From the NCBI GenBank assembly GCA_977017575.1, contig CDRNVI010000026.1, positions 62,001 to 126,000 on the forward strand: a stretch of DNA of 64,000 nucleotides, written 5' to 3'. This document shows, piece by piece, positions 1 to 11,130 of the stretch (the first letter of the stretch is position 1; each line of letters begins with the position of its first letter). The position numbers were made by a program, and so were the translations under genes. Below the pieces are notes generated by a model. It searched no databases. It saw only the letters and a program-made list of their open reading frames with translations, and had not been told where the DNA came from. The DNA is from Paramoeba atlantica. Its lineage: Eukaryota > Protista > Discosea.

Positions 1-2
1 GA

Positions 3-218
3 ATTTTGATCGAAGGAACGGCTCGGGATACGATACCAGAGTTGGAGGACGCGACTACCCAAATGGAGCGTCTTTTAAAAATTTTACAAGAACAGCTGGA
101 AAGAAAATCACAAGCTTTGCGAGAATATGCTGCGGAGCACAACTTAGAAGAGCGTCTGGGATCAAATAATGTGCAGAAAGATGAGACCAGTACTTCAACT
201 CCTGGAGTGCTTGCGTAG
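3..218 (+). CDS. PFDN2: Prefoldin subunit 2, C-terminal part (runs off the window start)
   Basis: ILIEGTARDTIPELE...QLERKSQALREYAAEHNL...TPGVLA* matches the prefoldin-2 pattern LVERTVxEVLPAL...KxxELxEFxxKHNI...GVLV. Confidence 0.75.
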   Translation: MLIEGTARDTIPELEDATTQMERLLKILQEQLERKSQALREYAAEHNLEERLGSNNVQKDETSTSTPGVLA

Positions 219-614
219 TGTTTTAGCGGCGTAAAGGGATGAAGGCGTGCCCATGCCCTAAGCAGACGCACTCATATTCCATGTTTTCCGTGTCATGCCT
301 TCTGCCACGTGTTTGAGTCGACTACCTTGCACCATGTATTCATTGCAGAAACCCGCACTTCGAAAGTTCTTCTATTTAGAGAAAAAATAATCTTAAGGAG
401 TATACAAGAGAACCCACGAGCATACACGATATACTGGACTAACTAAAAACTCTAAAGGACGCGACAAATACATTAAGGAGAAAAGATTACATTGGATGTA
501 GTACTAGTCCACATCCATGTATCGTCAAAGAGTGTATTTTTCTGCATCGCATTGTCACTTCTCTTTCCCTTTTAATCCCTATTCCTCAATGCTCACGCAA
601 ATCTTCGATATTAA

Positions 615-2840
615 GTGAATGGAGAGAACATCTTAACCATGCCCACCGAATCATCTCTACCCTCCGAACCCTCGCTCTCTGACATCCTCCATCCCTACTC
701 CCACCTCGGGGACCCCACCACCTGTTACCTCTGCGAGAGAAAACTTCTACTCTCCGAAGACCCAACGAATCAAACCATTCATCCAACCCCAGCAGACGAC
801 TCGCCTCAGCAATGTAACCGCTGCGGGGGCACCGTGTGTTCCTCTCCGAGTTGTTTCCTGAATAGCGCTTCGAATTGTGCAGCCTGTGAGGGGCTGTGGC
901 GTGTGGGGTCTCAGACGGCCGTGTCACACAGCCCGACACACATGGACCCCAACCTCGGGGAGACGTTGCAAAAGATTTCGAGTACGAAAAAAAGGACGAA
1001 AGGAGGTGTAGGAAAACACCAGCCTCGAACTCAAAACGAGTTCTCTTCTCAAAAAGAAGGACAAAGAAAAAGGGCGCATGGTGTGAGTAGAGCTATGGAT
1101 CACGACTCGTTTCGCCCGTTTTATGGTATGGACGCGCTGCGAGGATCCACTCTCGACGACGAGAGCGACCAGGAAGAAGATTTTGTATTGTGCGGGAAGT
1201 CCCGGTGGAGCAGCGGTCGACGTGATAGATTTGATGAAACCAATCCGTATTTTGAAATGTTGCGAAATACTGCATATGGGGACCGTTTACCGGAGTTATG
1301 TCCTTTCGTGACTCCAGACCCGCATAGTGTTCACAGCACGTTCTGTCCCTCAAGGAGTCTTTTGCTGCGTATTGGAGCATATGCTGCTGGTCTGTCCAAC
1401 ACAAACATGATGCCTGTACCTTCGTCCGGTGAACATGAAACCTTTGAGGGTGCGAAAGCTAAAGACCCCAACAATGAAGAGGATGTTCTCACTGGATTTT
1501 GCAAAACTGTCCAAACCCAAGGTGTTGCGATGACTGAGGAGCGACCATCACCTCATCAAGATGGGAGGATTCTCTTGGCCAGTGATAGTGTAGGAGTAGG
1601 ATCCAGTGCCAAGTTATTTACACTAATTGCCCGAGAATCCGTTTCTTCCTTCATACTAGCGGCGCATCCTTCTCGAAGACATTTTTATATTTGTCCTGAT
1701 CCGTACCTTCCTTGTGATATAGCACTTGACATTGATAAGGCTGTGCACATTCCCCGCACACTTGAGAAAATAAAAAAGAACGGAGTTTTACTGCTGGATC
1801 GTATTATTAGAGCGATTGAAACACATTTGGATGAACAATGGAACGCACGGGTAAGCTCCATAGTAATTTTAACAGGTTGTCGTTCTGAAAAAATTAGTTT
1901 CCATCTTCACATTCGCTTGCAAGATCAAAAAGCGTTTCGTAATCTCGAGGCTGCGCAACACTTTATCTCTCATCTAAAGCTTCATCCGAGATCTATCGCC
2001 ACTGAAGAAGATTTGAATTGCATTGACATTTCTCTGTTTCGCAAATGGCATGCGCTTCGATTGCCCTACTGCAGTAAGAAGGAAAACAGCCCGAAGGTAT
2101 ACATGCACGGTGAGGCAAGATCCGATGCCCTTCGTTTCATGGGGACATCTGAAATCAATTTATTGCTGCAGAATGAAACGAGTCAGACACAACTTCCCTG
2201 GACCAAATTATTGGAAGGTGATTCCGAAGAGGCTTTCGAGCACACACTCATTACACGAGATCCATCGAAGGAGTATTCCTTCCTATCAAAACTTCCTGCT
2301 GAGCCCGACACCAATGAAATAGCACTCATTTCTAATCCTCCGGCCATCACCCCGGTCTACTGGGAATGGTTCGTAGATATTCCTCCCGGGTCTAGAACCT
2401 ATCGATTGCTCTTGACGCACATCAGAGGTCTGCATGAGGCAATGCAAGCGATACGGACTCCTAGTATTCGATTCAACATAGGGAATCCCTATTGCTACCG
2501 CATAAAGCAGCGAAACACGAAATATTGCCTGTACCTCAACCGTACGCACAGAACAACATACGGAGAATTTCATATTTTTTACAACGACGTCTACTTCAAG
2601 TGTTGGAGTAACGATTGTGGTGATACAGCTATGAAATCGTTCGGAGCACTTCCCGAGGAGATGCGATCCGTTGTGTTTCCAGAAGTCCCTTTGGACGACG
2701 CGAGAAGACTAGCTTGGCCAGAAGAAGCACAAGGTGAATCAATGAAGGATAGCAAAGAAAGCAGCACAACCAAACAACACGCTATTACTTCTGAGGATCA
2801 AGTCGCCGAAGAACAATCTCACCGGGTTATCTCAGAATAG
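615..2840 (+). CDS. PPL: PrimPol-like archaeo-eukaryotic primase-polymerase with N-terminal Cys cluster
   Basis: AEP motifs LDID, SFHLH and DISLFRKWHALRLPYCSK; C-terminal UL52-type Zn finger (CLYLNRTH...KCWSNDC). Confidence 0.85.
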   Translation: MNGENILTMPTESSLPSEPSLSDILHPYSHLGDPTTCYLCERKLLLSEDPTNQTIHPTPADDSPQQCNRCGGTVCSSPSCFLNSASNCAACEGLWRVGSQTAVSHSPTHMDPNLGETLQKISSTKKRTKGGVGKHQPRTQNEFSSQKEGQRKRAHGVSRAMDHDSFRPFYGMDALRGSTLDDESDQEEDFVLCGKSRWSSGRRDRFDETNPYFEMLRNTAYGDRLPELCPFVTPDPHSVHSTFCPSRSLLLRIGAYAAGLSNTNMMPVPSSGEHETFEGAKAKDPNNEEDVLTGFCKTVQTQGVAMTEERPSPHQDGRILLASDSVGVGSSAKLFTLIARESVSSFILAAHPSRRHFYICPDPYLPCDIALDIDKAVHIPRTLEKIKKNGVLLLDRIIRAIETHLDEQWNARVSSIVILTGCRSEKISFHLHIRLQDQKAFRNLEAAQHFISHLKLHPRSIATEEDLNCIDISLFRKWHALRLPYCSKKENSPKVYMHGEARSDALRFMGTSEINLLLQNETSQTQLPWTKLLEGDSEEAFEHTLITRDPSKEYSFLSKLPAEPDTNEIALISNPPAITPVYWEWFVDIPPGSRTYRLLLTHIRGLHEAMQAIRTPSIRFNIGNPYCYRIKQRNTKYCLYLNRTHRTTYGEFHIFYNDVYFKCWSNDCGDTAMKSFGALPEEMRSVVFPEVPLDDARRLAWPEEAQGESMKDSKESSTTKQHAITSEDQVAEEQSHRVISE

Positions 2841-3047
2841 TATGAAATGATAAGTTTTGCAACGTGTAATTTGTAGTGTTTTAAGACTTTGCACGAACAA
2901 AGAAAGTGATACTGTCCGCGCCTTCAAGCTCATATTTAGTTTGTTGACTTCAGTCACCATTCTGTTATTCTACCTGTATTGCCCTGTATAGATAAAATAA
3001 AATACTATGCCTATAAAGAGGGATATTGCTAACTTTAAGAAAAACTC

Positions 3048-3275
3048 ATGAACCCCTCACACACACCTCGCTCTTCTGCAGAAGTACTGCTGAGCTTACG
3101 AAAGATACGATCTGCTTTGCAGCAAGATTCAGATGCGGCGAATCAAGCTCAGCAGGAGTGCATTTCTCTGCGAAATGAGAACGAAGAGTTGCGTAGAAAG
3201 ATGGGCAAATTGGAATATCGAATCAAACATTTGCTACGTGAACTCGAAACGCCTTGTGCAGTTAGTCAGAGTTAA
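3048..3275 (+). CDS. Small coiled-coil hypothetical protein
   Basis: 75-aa ATG ORF on the gene strand with heptad-like LRNENEELRRKMGKLEYRIKHLLREL. Confidence 0.55.
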   Translation: MNPSHTPRSSAEVLLSLRKIRSALQQDSDAANQAQQECISLRNENEELRRKMGKLEYRIKHLLRELETPCAVSQS

Positions 3276-3435
3276 TAGTGACTTCGCGTTGCTCAGCCAT
3301 TAGCTGAGTGTAAATTCCTCGAAATTTGGCAGAAGCCAGGCAGAGTCTTGCTTCTTCCGGAGGTTTTCTTAATGTCTCTGTGGAATTGCCCACTGCATTT
3401 CCTTTTCATTTTTCGAAATATGGTTATCTGACAGA

Positions 3436-3513
3436 AAATGTTCTCCATTTGTTCCAAATATTCTCCATTTGTTCCAAATGTTCTCCATTTGTTCCAAATG
3501 TTCTCCATTTGTT
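3436..3513. repeat. 20-bp tandem repeat, about 4 copies
   Basis: AAATGTTCTCCATTTGTTCC repeated 3.9 times with one substitution. Confidence 0.95.
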
Positions 3514-3616
3514 GGACTATGTAGTGAGTAGACGCATTGTCATAAATATTATTCTTTCAAATCATAGCGATAATTTATATACCTTACAATACATTTTCTT
3601 TTAAGCACTCGCTTGT

Positions 3617-5410
3617 ATGTCATACGATTACCAGCCGGGGCCAGACCGAATGGCCGATTTAGGTTCCAATCTGACCGAAGTTGATTGGGACGAGGTTAAA
3701 ACCGGATATACCCTCCCTAAGGACCCACTTACTTCCGCGACGTTGGAGCGTTCCCCCGCAGAGATACGTCAATGGCGTGAAGAAAAGAACATTACTATCG
3801 TAGAAGGTGCAAAAGACTGCGCTCCCCCCATTCTGACCTACGACGAGTGCCAGAGCTATCTCCCTCCCTTCATTATGAGCAGTTTTCGGCAGCAGAATTT
3901 CCAAGCCCCCACACCTATTCAGGCACAGTCTTGGTCTGTTGCGCTACGTAATCAGGATATGGTCGGGATTGCGAAAACAGGAAGTGGGAAAACTCTCGCG
4001 TTTGTTGTCCCTGGTATATTGCATGTCATGGCACAAGCCCCAATCCAACGCTATGATGGCCCTATCATGCTTGTGCTCGCTCCTACCCGAGAACTTGCGC
4101 GTCAAATTGAAGATGAGACATTGAAAGTAATTCGCGGCTCCCAGATTCGCACCGTTTGTCTGTATGGGGGGACACCCAAGTTCCACAACCGTCAGCGTCT
4201 GATGGAAGGAGTGCACATTGCGATTGCGTGTCCCGGTCGCTTGATTGATCTTCTAGGGATGAAGGTCACAAATTTGTACCGCGTCAGTTACCTTGTAATG
4301 GATGAAGCCGATCGCATGCTTGATATGGGATTTGAACCCCAAATTCGTATGATCTGCTCGCAACTTCCGGAAAAGCGTCAGACTCTTATGTTCAGCGCAA
4401 CATGGCCTCAAGAAGTACAGGACTTGGCACATTCCTTTCAGCGCAACTACATTCGTATTCATGTCGGATCCCTTGATCTTATGGCGAACGCCGACGTCAA
4501 GCAACACATCATGGTCGTCCAGGACTACGAAAAATCACAAAAACTCGGAGAGCTGGTGCAAAAGCCTGGACTGAGTAAAATCCTCGTGTTCGTCGCCACC
4601 AAGCGGGATGTGGATGTCGTGTGTGACCAGATACGTGGTATGAACATATGGGCACTCGCCATTCACGGGGACAAGACTCAGATGCAGCGAGACAGTGCAA
4701 TCAACCAATTCCGACGTGCCCCAAAAGGTTGCCTGGTGGCGACTGATGTAGCCCAACGCGGCTTGGACATTCGCGATCTCGACGCTGTAATTAACTACGA
4801 TTTTCCTATGGGTATCGAGGACTACGTCCACCGCATTGGTCGCACCGGACGTGCTGGTGCCAAAGGACATGCCTTCTCCTTCATCAACACCGCCCACGCA
4901 AAGCTGGTCCCGGAGTTAATGAAACTGCTACGCAAAGCGAACGAGGAGATCTCCGCGGACCTCCAAGAGTTGAACCAGCACTTTGCGGAAGGGCGCTCTT
5001 TACGTAGTCGGTACGGACGTAACGCCACGACGTGGAAGCCACGCCCTCGAAACGCTCCCGCGTTTTCCATGGGATACAATGACAGTGCCTCTCGTCGTCC
5101 CCCACCCCCGAGTGGGCCCTCCGGGGGTTATGACTCCCGCAGCTACGGATCTGCACCTCCTCCGCCTTCGTCTGGTTCCTATGGCAGTTCATCCCGCAGT
5201 GCGCCGTATCCCTCATATGGGGAAGAACCCCGTAAACGAGACCGCAGCCCTCGACGAGACTATGATCGGGATTATGGACGCGATTACAACCGGGACTATA
5301 ACCGGGACTATGAGCGACGTTATGAACGAGATCCCCACGGTAACTCCTACCGTGAGGAACCCCGCTCCCGGGATTACGGAGACCGATCGCGTGAGTATTC
5401 TAGATACTAA
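3617..5410 (+). CDS. DBP2: DEAD-box RNA helicase DBP2/DDX5-like
   Basis: PTPIQAQSW, AKTGSGKT, PTRELA, DEADRMLDMGFEPQIR, SAT, HRIGRTGRAG; RD/RY-rich tail. Confidence 0.92.
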   Translation: MSYDYQPGPDRMADLGSNLTEVDWDEVKTGYTLPKDPLTSATLERSPAEIRQWREEKNITIVEGAKDCAPPILTYDECQSYLPPFIMSSFRQQNFQAPTPIQAQSWSVALRNQDMVGIAKTGSGKTLAFVVPGILHVMAQAPIQRYDGPIMLVLAPTRELARQIEDETLKVIRGSQIRTVCLYGGTPKFHNRQRLMEGVHIAIACPGRLIDLLGMKVTNLYRVSYLVMDEADRMLDMGFEPQIRMICSQLPEKRQTLMFSATWPQEVQDLAHSFQRNYIRIHVGSLDLMANADVKQHIMVVQDYEKSQKLGELVQKPGLSKILVFVATKRDVDVVCDQIRGMNIWALAIHGDKTQMQRDSAINQFRRAPKGCLVATDVAQRGLDIRDLDAVINYDFPMGIEDYVHRIGRTGRAGAKGHAFSFINTAHAKLVPELMKLLRKANEEISADLQELNQHFAEGRSLRSRYGRNATTWKPRPRNAPAFSMGYNDSASRRPPPPSGPSGGYDSRSYGSAPPPPSSGSYGSSSRSAPYPSYGEEPRKRDRSPRRDYDRDYGRDYNRDYNRDYERRYERDPHGNSYREEPRSRDYGDRSREYSRY

Positions 5411-6189
5411 ATCGTCGGGGAGAATCACTGAAACGACCAGGAAGCAACACAAGTGCACAACGACTAATTAAGCGAAAATTCTATCCATAAAAAACTGGTC
5501 TTCAAATTTTGTCAGAATATATTCAGTCTGGGCGATCAAAAAGATCAAAAAATGCATGCATTCAGTCAAATTCACATTATGTTTTGAACATTTTATTGAA
5601 CGGATACCAAGTTTCTATTTTTTATATGATTAGCATATTATTTTTCTTAATTATTTCCATCATGCTTGATAGGAGCATGTACGGATGGCTCCAAATAGAC
5701 AATCGGGCGCATAGCTCACGGTCGTTCTCTCCACTCTGCCACCCCGCTGAGACATCGAACGTAGTCTTTCGAGAATCTACGATAATCAGCGGAATATGTG
5801 GTAGATCGAGAGACGAGTCTGTGGGCATTCCTATCATTGCGCGATTACCTGTTGTCCTATTTTATTAATACGAATCTTTACCTATGTACCTTCCGAATAT
5901 TTCTATTATTATGACCACGATAACTTTATTATTTGGACAACTTTAATACGCTGGCACTTTCTATTTTACTTACATTTTGCATTTGCTTATTGTCGCTAAA
6001 TTTAGGATAAATTCTGCTGAAAGTATAATAATTTTTGAACGTTGATTATTCGTAAGACTTTTGAGCACTTTAAAAATTGTCATGGTCCCGTATTCTGTTA
6101 CAGAGTACTACTGTTACAGAGTGATTCAAATAATTCCAGATTGATTAATTTTCCCAGTTTCTTAAGCTCTTATCAGCATATCTTTGAGA

Positions 6190-8055
6190 ATGAACCATCA
6201 GGAACGAAACGTCTCCAAACAAAGAAGAAAGTCCATTAAGGAAGACATAAAATTCGGCAGTACACAGGGATGGGGACTTCATAATCTGCACCCTGCTATA
6301 TTGCACGCACTTCAGACACAGAAGTGGTTAGAACCTACTTTGATACAGCAGGCTGCGCTACCTATTCTAATAAAAGGAGGGGATGCCATGATACACGCTC
6401 GAACAGGAAGTGGTAAGACAGCTGCGTTTATAATTCCATTGCTTCAGAGGTGTATGGCACAACGAATGAATGCTCGTTCCTTGGCCTATTCCGAGTCTGA
6501 AGCCAGCTGCGCGTTTCAGTTTGTCATTGTGGTCCCCACAACAGAACTCGTACTTCAAACAATTCGAGTACTACAAAAGCTTTGCTGTCATCTGCCTCAT
6601 TATCTGAATACCAGTCGAGACTTTGGCGCGTCATCTAATGACGTACGAACTAGTGCTCCGAATTTGACATCAGATGCGATACAAATATTAGAAATTAGTA
6701 CCACCGGGGTTGCTTCTCTTTTTTCTCCGGGGAGACAGTACGACTTTGTCGTCTCCACTCCTGCGGTGCTGCACTCTTACCTTCGAAAAGAACCATCCTG
6801 TGTAAGAGCATTCCGCAAGGCCTCTTATGTTGTTCTCGATGAAGCGGACGCCATTACGTCGCTCGGAAGCATGAAAGCGTTACGGCAATACTATCCTGTG
6901 GCGTGTCACACAGTACTTGTCTGTGCAAGCATGTCCCCTGCGACAATTCGCATAAAAAAACTTTACTTACGAAAGCCTTTCTTAGTTTCTCTGGAAGAGG
7001 AGGATCCCACCGAGACATTGAGCACGCAGCCATCAAATAAAGAGGAGTCTGCGGCGAATCTCACCAACACCGATTCAACCGTGGTCGAGCAACACGGTCA
7101 CGTGGAGGAGTACTACATACCCGCGACGACCATGGAGGACCGTCTTGTGTGGCTGTACGCCATACTACGTAACCTCGCTTCGCACCGGCAGCCTCAAAAA
7201 GTGTTGATTTTCGTCCGGACCACTGCCGTCGCCTACCGCACCAAACTCTTTCTCGAGGGGTTTCGTATCCAGTCCTTTGTGCTCCACGGTACCGTCCCCG
7301 TGGAGTGCCGGGAGCACATTCTACAAATCTTCAACCACTCCCCATCGGGCCAGCTTATTGTCGTGGACCAGGACGTCCATGAGGAGAGAATGGGTGAGAG
7401 CCTCCCCGGGTCGCCCTCTCCAAGTCTCACCCTTCACCGGGGGATTGATTTCGTGAACGTCTCGCATGTCGTGATGCTCGACACGACAATCTCAACAGAG
7501 CCTCGGGCACTGCTGGCTTACACGCACCGACTCGGGCGTACGGGTCGGGCTGGGCGTCACGGCGTCTCGTTGCTGTTTCTCGCGGAGAATGAGGTGGAAA
7601 GCTGTTTGCCGCGATACAGTGAGGAAGCCCTACGTCGTGGAACATCCCCGCTGGTCCCGTACCCCTGCGTCGGACCCGCGGATGTCACCCCACTACGTTA
7701 CCGCTGCGAGGACGTGTTGGCACGGATTACACGGAAACGAGTGCGTCAGGCACTGGTCCAGGACGTGGCTTTGGAGATCTTAAATTGCGACAAACTGCGA
7801 ACCCACCTAAGATCGAATACACAAGATGAGGAGACGCTGCGTCACATTGCGGAGCCGATTGCGGAGGTCACGAGGGGGTCGCAGTCACTGGGGTGTGTCC
7901 CCACCTACCTGAATGCACGGGGTAAGTTCTCTGAGACTATACCGGTGCTTCCGGCGGTAGGGGACGCCACGTCCACAGGTCTTAAGGCCAAACGGAAGAA
8001 GCGATCATCTGTTGGTAAGGACCCGATTGAACTGGTCCGAAGGAAGTTCAAGTGA
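6190..8055 (+). CDS. DBP9: DEAD-box RNA helicase DBP9/DDX56-like
   Basis: ARTGSGKT, DEAD, HRLGRTGRAG; DBP9-type C-terminus LRYRCED...EILN.DKL...KDPI. Confidence 0.85.
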   Translation: MNHQERNVSKQRRKSIKEDIKFGSTQGWGLHNLHPAILHALQTQKWLEPTLIQQAALPILIKGGDAMIHARTGSGKTAAFIIPLLQRCMAQRMNARSLAYSESEASCAFQFVIVVPTTELVLQTIRVLQKLCCHLPHYLNTSRDFGASSNDVRTSAPNLTSDAIQILEISTTGVASLFSPGRQYDFVVSTPAVLHSYLRKEPSCVRAFRKASYVVLDEADAITSLGSMKALRQYYPVACHTVLVCASMSPATIRIKKLYLRKPFLVSLEEEDPTETLSTQPSNKEESAANLTNTDSTVVEQHGHVEEYYIPATTMEDRLVWLYAILRNLASHRQPQKVLIFVRTTAVAYRTKLFLEGFRIQSFVLHGTVPVECREHILQIFNHSPSGQLIVVDQDVHEERMGESLPGSPSPSLTLHRGIDFVNVSHVVMLDTTISTEPRALLAYTHRLGRTGRAGRHGVSLLFLAENEVESCLPRYSEEALRRGTSPLVPYPCVGPADVTPLRYRCEDVLARITRKRVRQALVQDVALEILNCDKLRTHLRSNTQDEETLRHIAEPIAEVTRGSQSLGCVPTYLNARGKFSETIPVLPAVGDATSTGLKAKRKKRSSVGKDPIELVRRKFK

Positions 8056-8448
8056 TGATTAAAAAACAGTGCACTTTTTGTGCTAAAAGTAGTACAGCTT
8101 TTTGACAGCTATTTCTTCGTTATAACGTTACAGTAGTTATTGAATTTAGAGGATTTGTTATGCTACACCATTGAACAACTGTCCAGCATGTTTTTGTTTT
8201 TGTAGTGTAGTACGACTAATCGAACAAATTGTTCCACATTATTGAACAAAGAAGAGACTAGTTTTCTGACGTACTTGTCAATCTGTGTATGAATAAAGCG
8301 ATAGAATATGGTGCAGCATGGCACGCACTACGCTAGTAGTAGCATAGTCGACTTCTGTGGAGAGCAGATTAGATTTTCTCGAATATTCATAGAATAGCTT
8401 AATTTCCCGATCATCCATTCCGCTAGTATCGTCCAGTCCACGTAGGAA

Positions 8449-9924
8449 ATGTCGAATTGGAGATTAGCCGTTGCGGAACATATTCGGAACACGTTGATGT
8501 CTCCAGAACGGTATATCCTGCTTACTCAGAGACGTAGGCAATTTGCGAAACAGTTCCTCACGGACTGGACGCACAACAAAGTAAAGAATCCTCAATTGTA
8601 TCTGTACGGCTCGACTCTGTCCTGCACGGCCTTGAGTAACGGTGACGTGGACTACGCGATTAGTCCCTGTGATGACTTGAAGCAGATTGATCGCGCCGAG
8701 CAAGCGGATTTGCTGACAAATTTGTACCACCACTTAACGCCAAAGAGCGAAAACAGAGGGAAACTGGTTGTTGAGACACGTGTAGCGGAATCAAGCTGTC
8801 ACATGAAGGGTTCAAGCGAATCATTAGAAAGTTCACGTGTAAATAATTTGATCGAATCGGATCGAGGATGCGACACGGATACCCACCACACTCAACTACA
8901 AGATACATTGACAGGGACTGAGAATTGCCAACGAGAATACCTACCGCTTGAATGCATGCATCGGATATTTTGTGCACGTGTCCCTGTCCTGCAGTACACC
9001 CCGAATCCACTAAAAGGTTTACCAGCGGACAGCTCGGCTGTTGACAAGCAGAGTAAGCTGCTCCCCTATGATTTTGATTTAACCCTTTCACTTTATGGGG
9101 TAAAGAACTCTCTGTTGTTGCGAGAGTACGTACGACGCTTCCCTATTGTGCGCCCACTGCTTCTGCTCATTAAACTTTGGGGGCACACACAAAATATTAT
9201 TGACTCCAGAAATGGATGGTTCAGTAGTTACGCGCTCACGTTGATGATGATTGAGTTTCTGCAGCTTTCGAACCGAATTGCGGTGATCAATCCCAGGAAC
9301 GTTCGAATCGAACCCGATCCTTCAAAATACGACGACTGGATAGAATTTCAGGATAATCACGTGCCTAACGACATCCGACTCATTCTACAAGAGTTCTTCC
9401 AATATTACGCCAATCAGTTTGACTTTGATGAACACGTTGTGGATGTTAGCGGAGTGGACCTCGAGCAAAACCTTGAGGTTGGCCCCAGTGACCCTCAATG
9501 TGAAAATAGGGTCGGCAAGAAGAGCATAGAAAACAGTAGCACGGATGTTATAGCGTGGAGAGTGACCCCAGAATGGATTATACTTCACGACAGTGTCGAT
9601 GGGAACATTTATGCTCCAAAACGAAAGGAACGAAGGGCAGGAGTCTTGGAGCCGTACTTTACAGCCGAAGAAGAAAAATCCTTAACGGACGAGGAAAAAT
9701 GGCATCGAGTAGGTCACGCACGAATCCAAATTCGGGATCCTTATGAAGCCCACTCACTCGGCCGCTCCGTAGAATTTTTCAAGGCAGAGGCTTTTCGGGA
9801 ACTCTTGGAACAGAGCATTGAATTGACCAGCGAACGCAAGGAATTTACAGATTTTGTTACTTCTCGATGTTTGATTCCGAAGACACTTCTAAGGAGCAAT
9901 AGAAGGACGGGCATAATATTTTAA
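8449..9924 (+). CDS. Terminal uridylyltransferase / non-canonical poly(A) polymerase family
   Basis: YGS...GDVD nucleotidyltransferase motif, ARVPVL, GVKNSLLLREY, IKLWG, SSYALTLM, IRDPYE (PAP-associated domain). Confidence 0.88.
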   Translation: MSNWRLAVAEHIRNTLMSPERYILLTQRRRQFAKQFLTDWTHNKVKNPQLYLYGSTLSCTALSNGDVDYAISPCDDLKQIDRAEQADLLTNLYHHLTPKSENRGKLVVETRVAESSCHMKGSSESLESSRVNNLIESDRGCDTDTHHTQLQDTLTGTENCQREYLPLECMHRIFCARVPVLQYTPNPLKGLPADSSAVDKQSKLLPYDFDLTLSLYGVKNSLLLREYVRRFPIVRPLLLLIKLWGHTQNIIDSRNGWFSSYALTLMMIEFLQLSNRIAVINPRNVRIEPDPSKYDDWIEFQDNHVPNDIRLILQEFFQYYANQFDFDEHVVDVSGVDLEQNLEVGPSDPQCENRVGKKSIENSSTDVIAWRVTPEWIILHDSVDGNIYAPKRKERRAGVLEPYFTAEEEKSLTDEEKWHRVGHARIQIRDPYEAHSLGRSVEFFKAEAFRELLEQSIELTSERKEFTDFVTSRCLIPKTLLRSNRRTGIIF

Positions 9925-10074
9925 CCTTTGGTTTGTTAAATACGGTTATAAAAAATGTACAGTATTAAAAAAATACGATTTTTTTAGTTTGCTCCATTAT
10001 AAAAATTTTCTCCCTCATAATTGCTTACATCGTATCTGTTTGAGAAGTTCGCCTTAGATAAGTGACTAACAGTG

Positions 10075-10971
10075 ATGAATATAACTCGTACCAACAATGC
10101 CATGTTCACGCCGCACAAGACCAATCGTATTGTATTTCCTCCGTTACTCCAAATGATGCAATTTACTTCGATGATTCGCGTGCGACATGAAAGCTGGAGT
10201 ATGAAAACAACACCCTGTTCTTGGAAAGGCGTCCTTTGTGATTCAACCGAAAAAATCGCTCACATACAGTGGCGTGACTTCCAGTTGGTTGGTAATGTTT
10301 CTTGGAGCTTCATCCCTATGCATACAGTGTCTATAATGATTATCGAAAATTCGAATTTATGCGGCTCCTTGACTACATGCGTCTTGCCACGAACATTACT
10401 CTCAATTAACCTTATTCGTAACAGTTTTTCGGGCGATATTGATTCCATAACTTATTCCCCCTCTCTCACTCTTCTAGATTTGCGTCACAACGCATTTTCA
10501 GAAAGCTGTTCATTCGAAACATTGCCACCCTCCCTGAAGAAACTTCGTGTCGACCACAATGATTTGAGTGGCGAAATTTTCCTTGAAACATTGCCTCGTG
10601 AACTCATCACATTCACCGCTTCATCCTGCGGTTTTCAGCACCTAGGACCTATGCACAGACTTCCACAACATTTGCGTACGCTCGACATTTCTTCTAATGA
10701 GCTGAATGGTGTTGTCACCCTTACCGATCTTCCTGATAGTTTACGGTCGATTCGTCTTCATTCCAATCATCTGATTATCACCCTTCACACCTATGATATG
10801 CCAAGAAGACTTCGATTTTTGACTCTCAATGATAACGCATTAGTCACCGTCAAGGGAAATTTTTCACAAATTCCTGAAAAATTGGAATGTTTCCATCTTG
10901 ATTCGAATGCAACCGATGAGAATCCGTCTTGCCGTCTCCCAGCTCTAAAACCACGTCGCCAAAGTTGCTGA
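10075..10971 (+). CDS. Leucine-rich repeat protein
   Basis: N-cap CSWKGVLC followed by LxLxxNxFSGxxxxxxLPxxL repeats. Confidence 0.85.
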   Translation: MNITRTNNAMFTPHKTNRIVFPPLLQMMQFTSMIRVRHESWSMKTTPCSWKGVLCDSTEKIAHIQWRDFQLVGNVSWSFIPMHTVSIMIIENSNLCGSLTTCVLPRTLLSINLIRNSFSGDIDSITYSPSLTLLDLRHNAFSESCSFETLPPSLKKLRVDHNDLSGEIFLETLPRELITFTASSCGFQHLGPMHRLPQHLRTLDISSNELNGVVTLTDLPDSLRSIRLHSNHLIITLHTYDMPRRLRFLTLNDNALVTVKGNFSQIPEKLECFHLDSNATDENPSCRLPALKPRRQSC

Positions 10972-11066
10972 GAGGCACTCCTTCCCAATCTTGTCTGGCT
11001 CGTACATACACTATGTTTTACTCGTTTTATCGTTGCCTTCTTTTTTCCCTTCGTTTCGTAGATTAG

Positions 11067-11130
11067 TTTCTTTCTATCCTATTTTCTTCTTTCCTCTTCC
11101 TTTCCTCTTTCCTTTTTGTTTTATATACAG
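11067..11130 (+). promoter_or_regulatory. Polypyrimidine tract plus AG, candidate trans-splice acceptor
   Basis: About 55 nt of nearly pure C/T ending in ATATACAG, upstream of the 11444 ORF. Confidence 0.5.

Noticed and set aside
4983-5471. 162-aa frame overlapping the DBP2 tail
   Set aside because: By-product of the RD/RY repeat codons.
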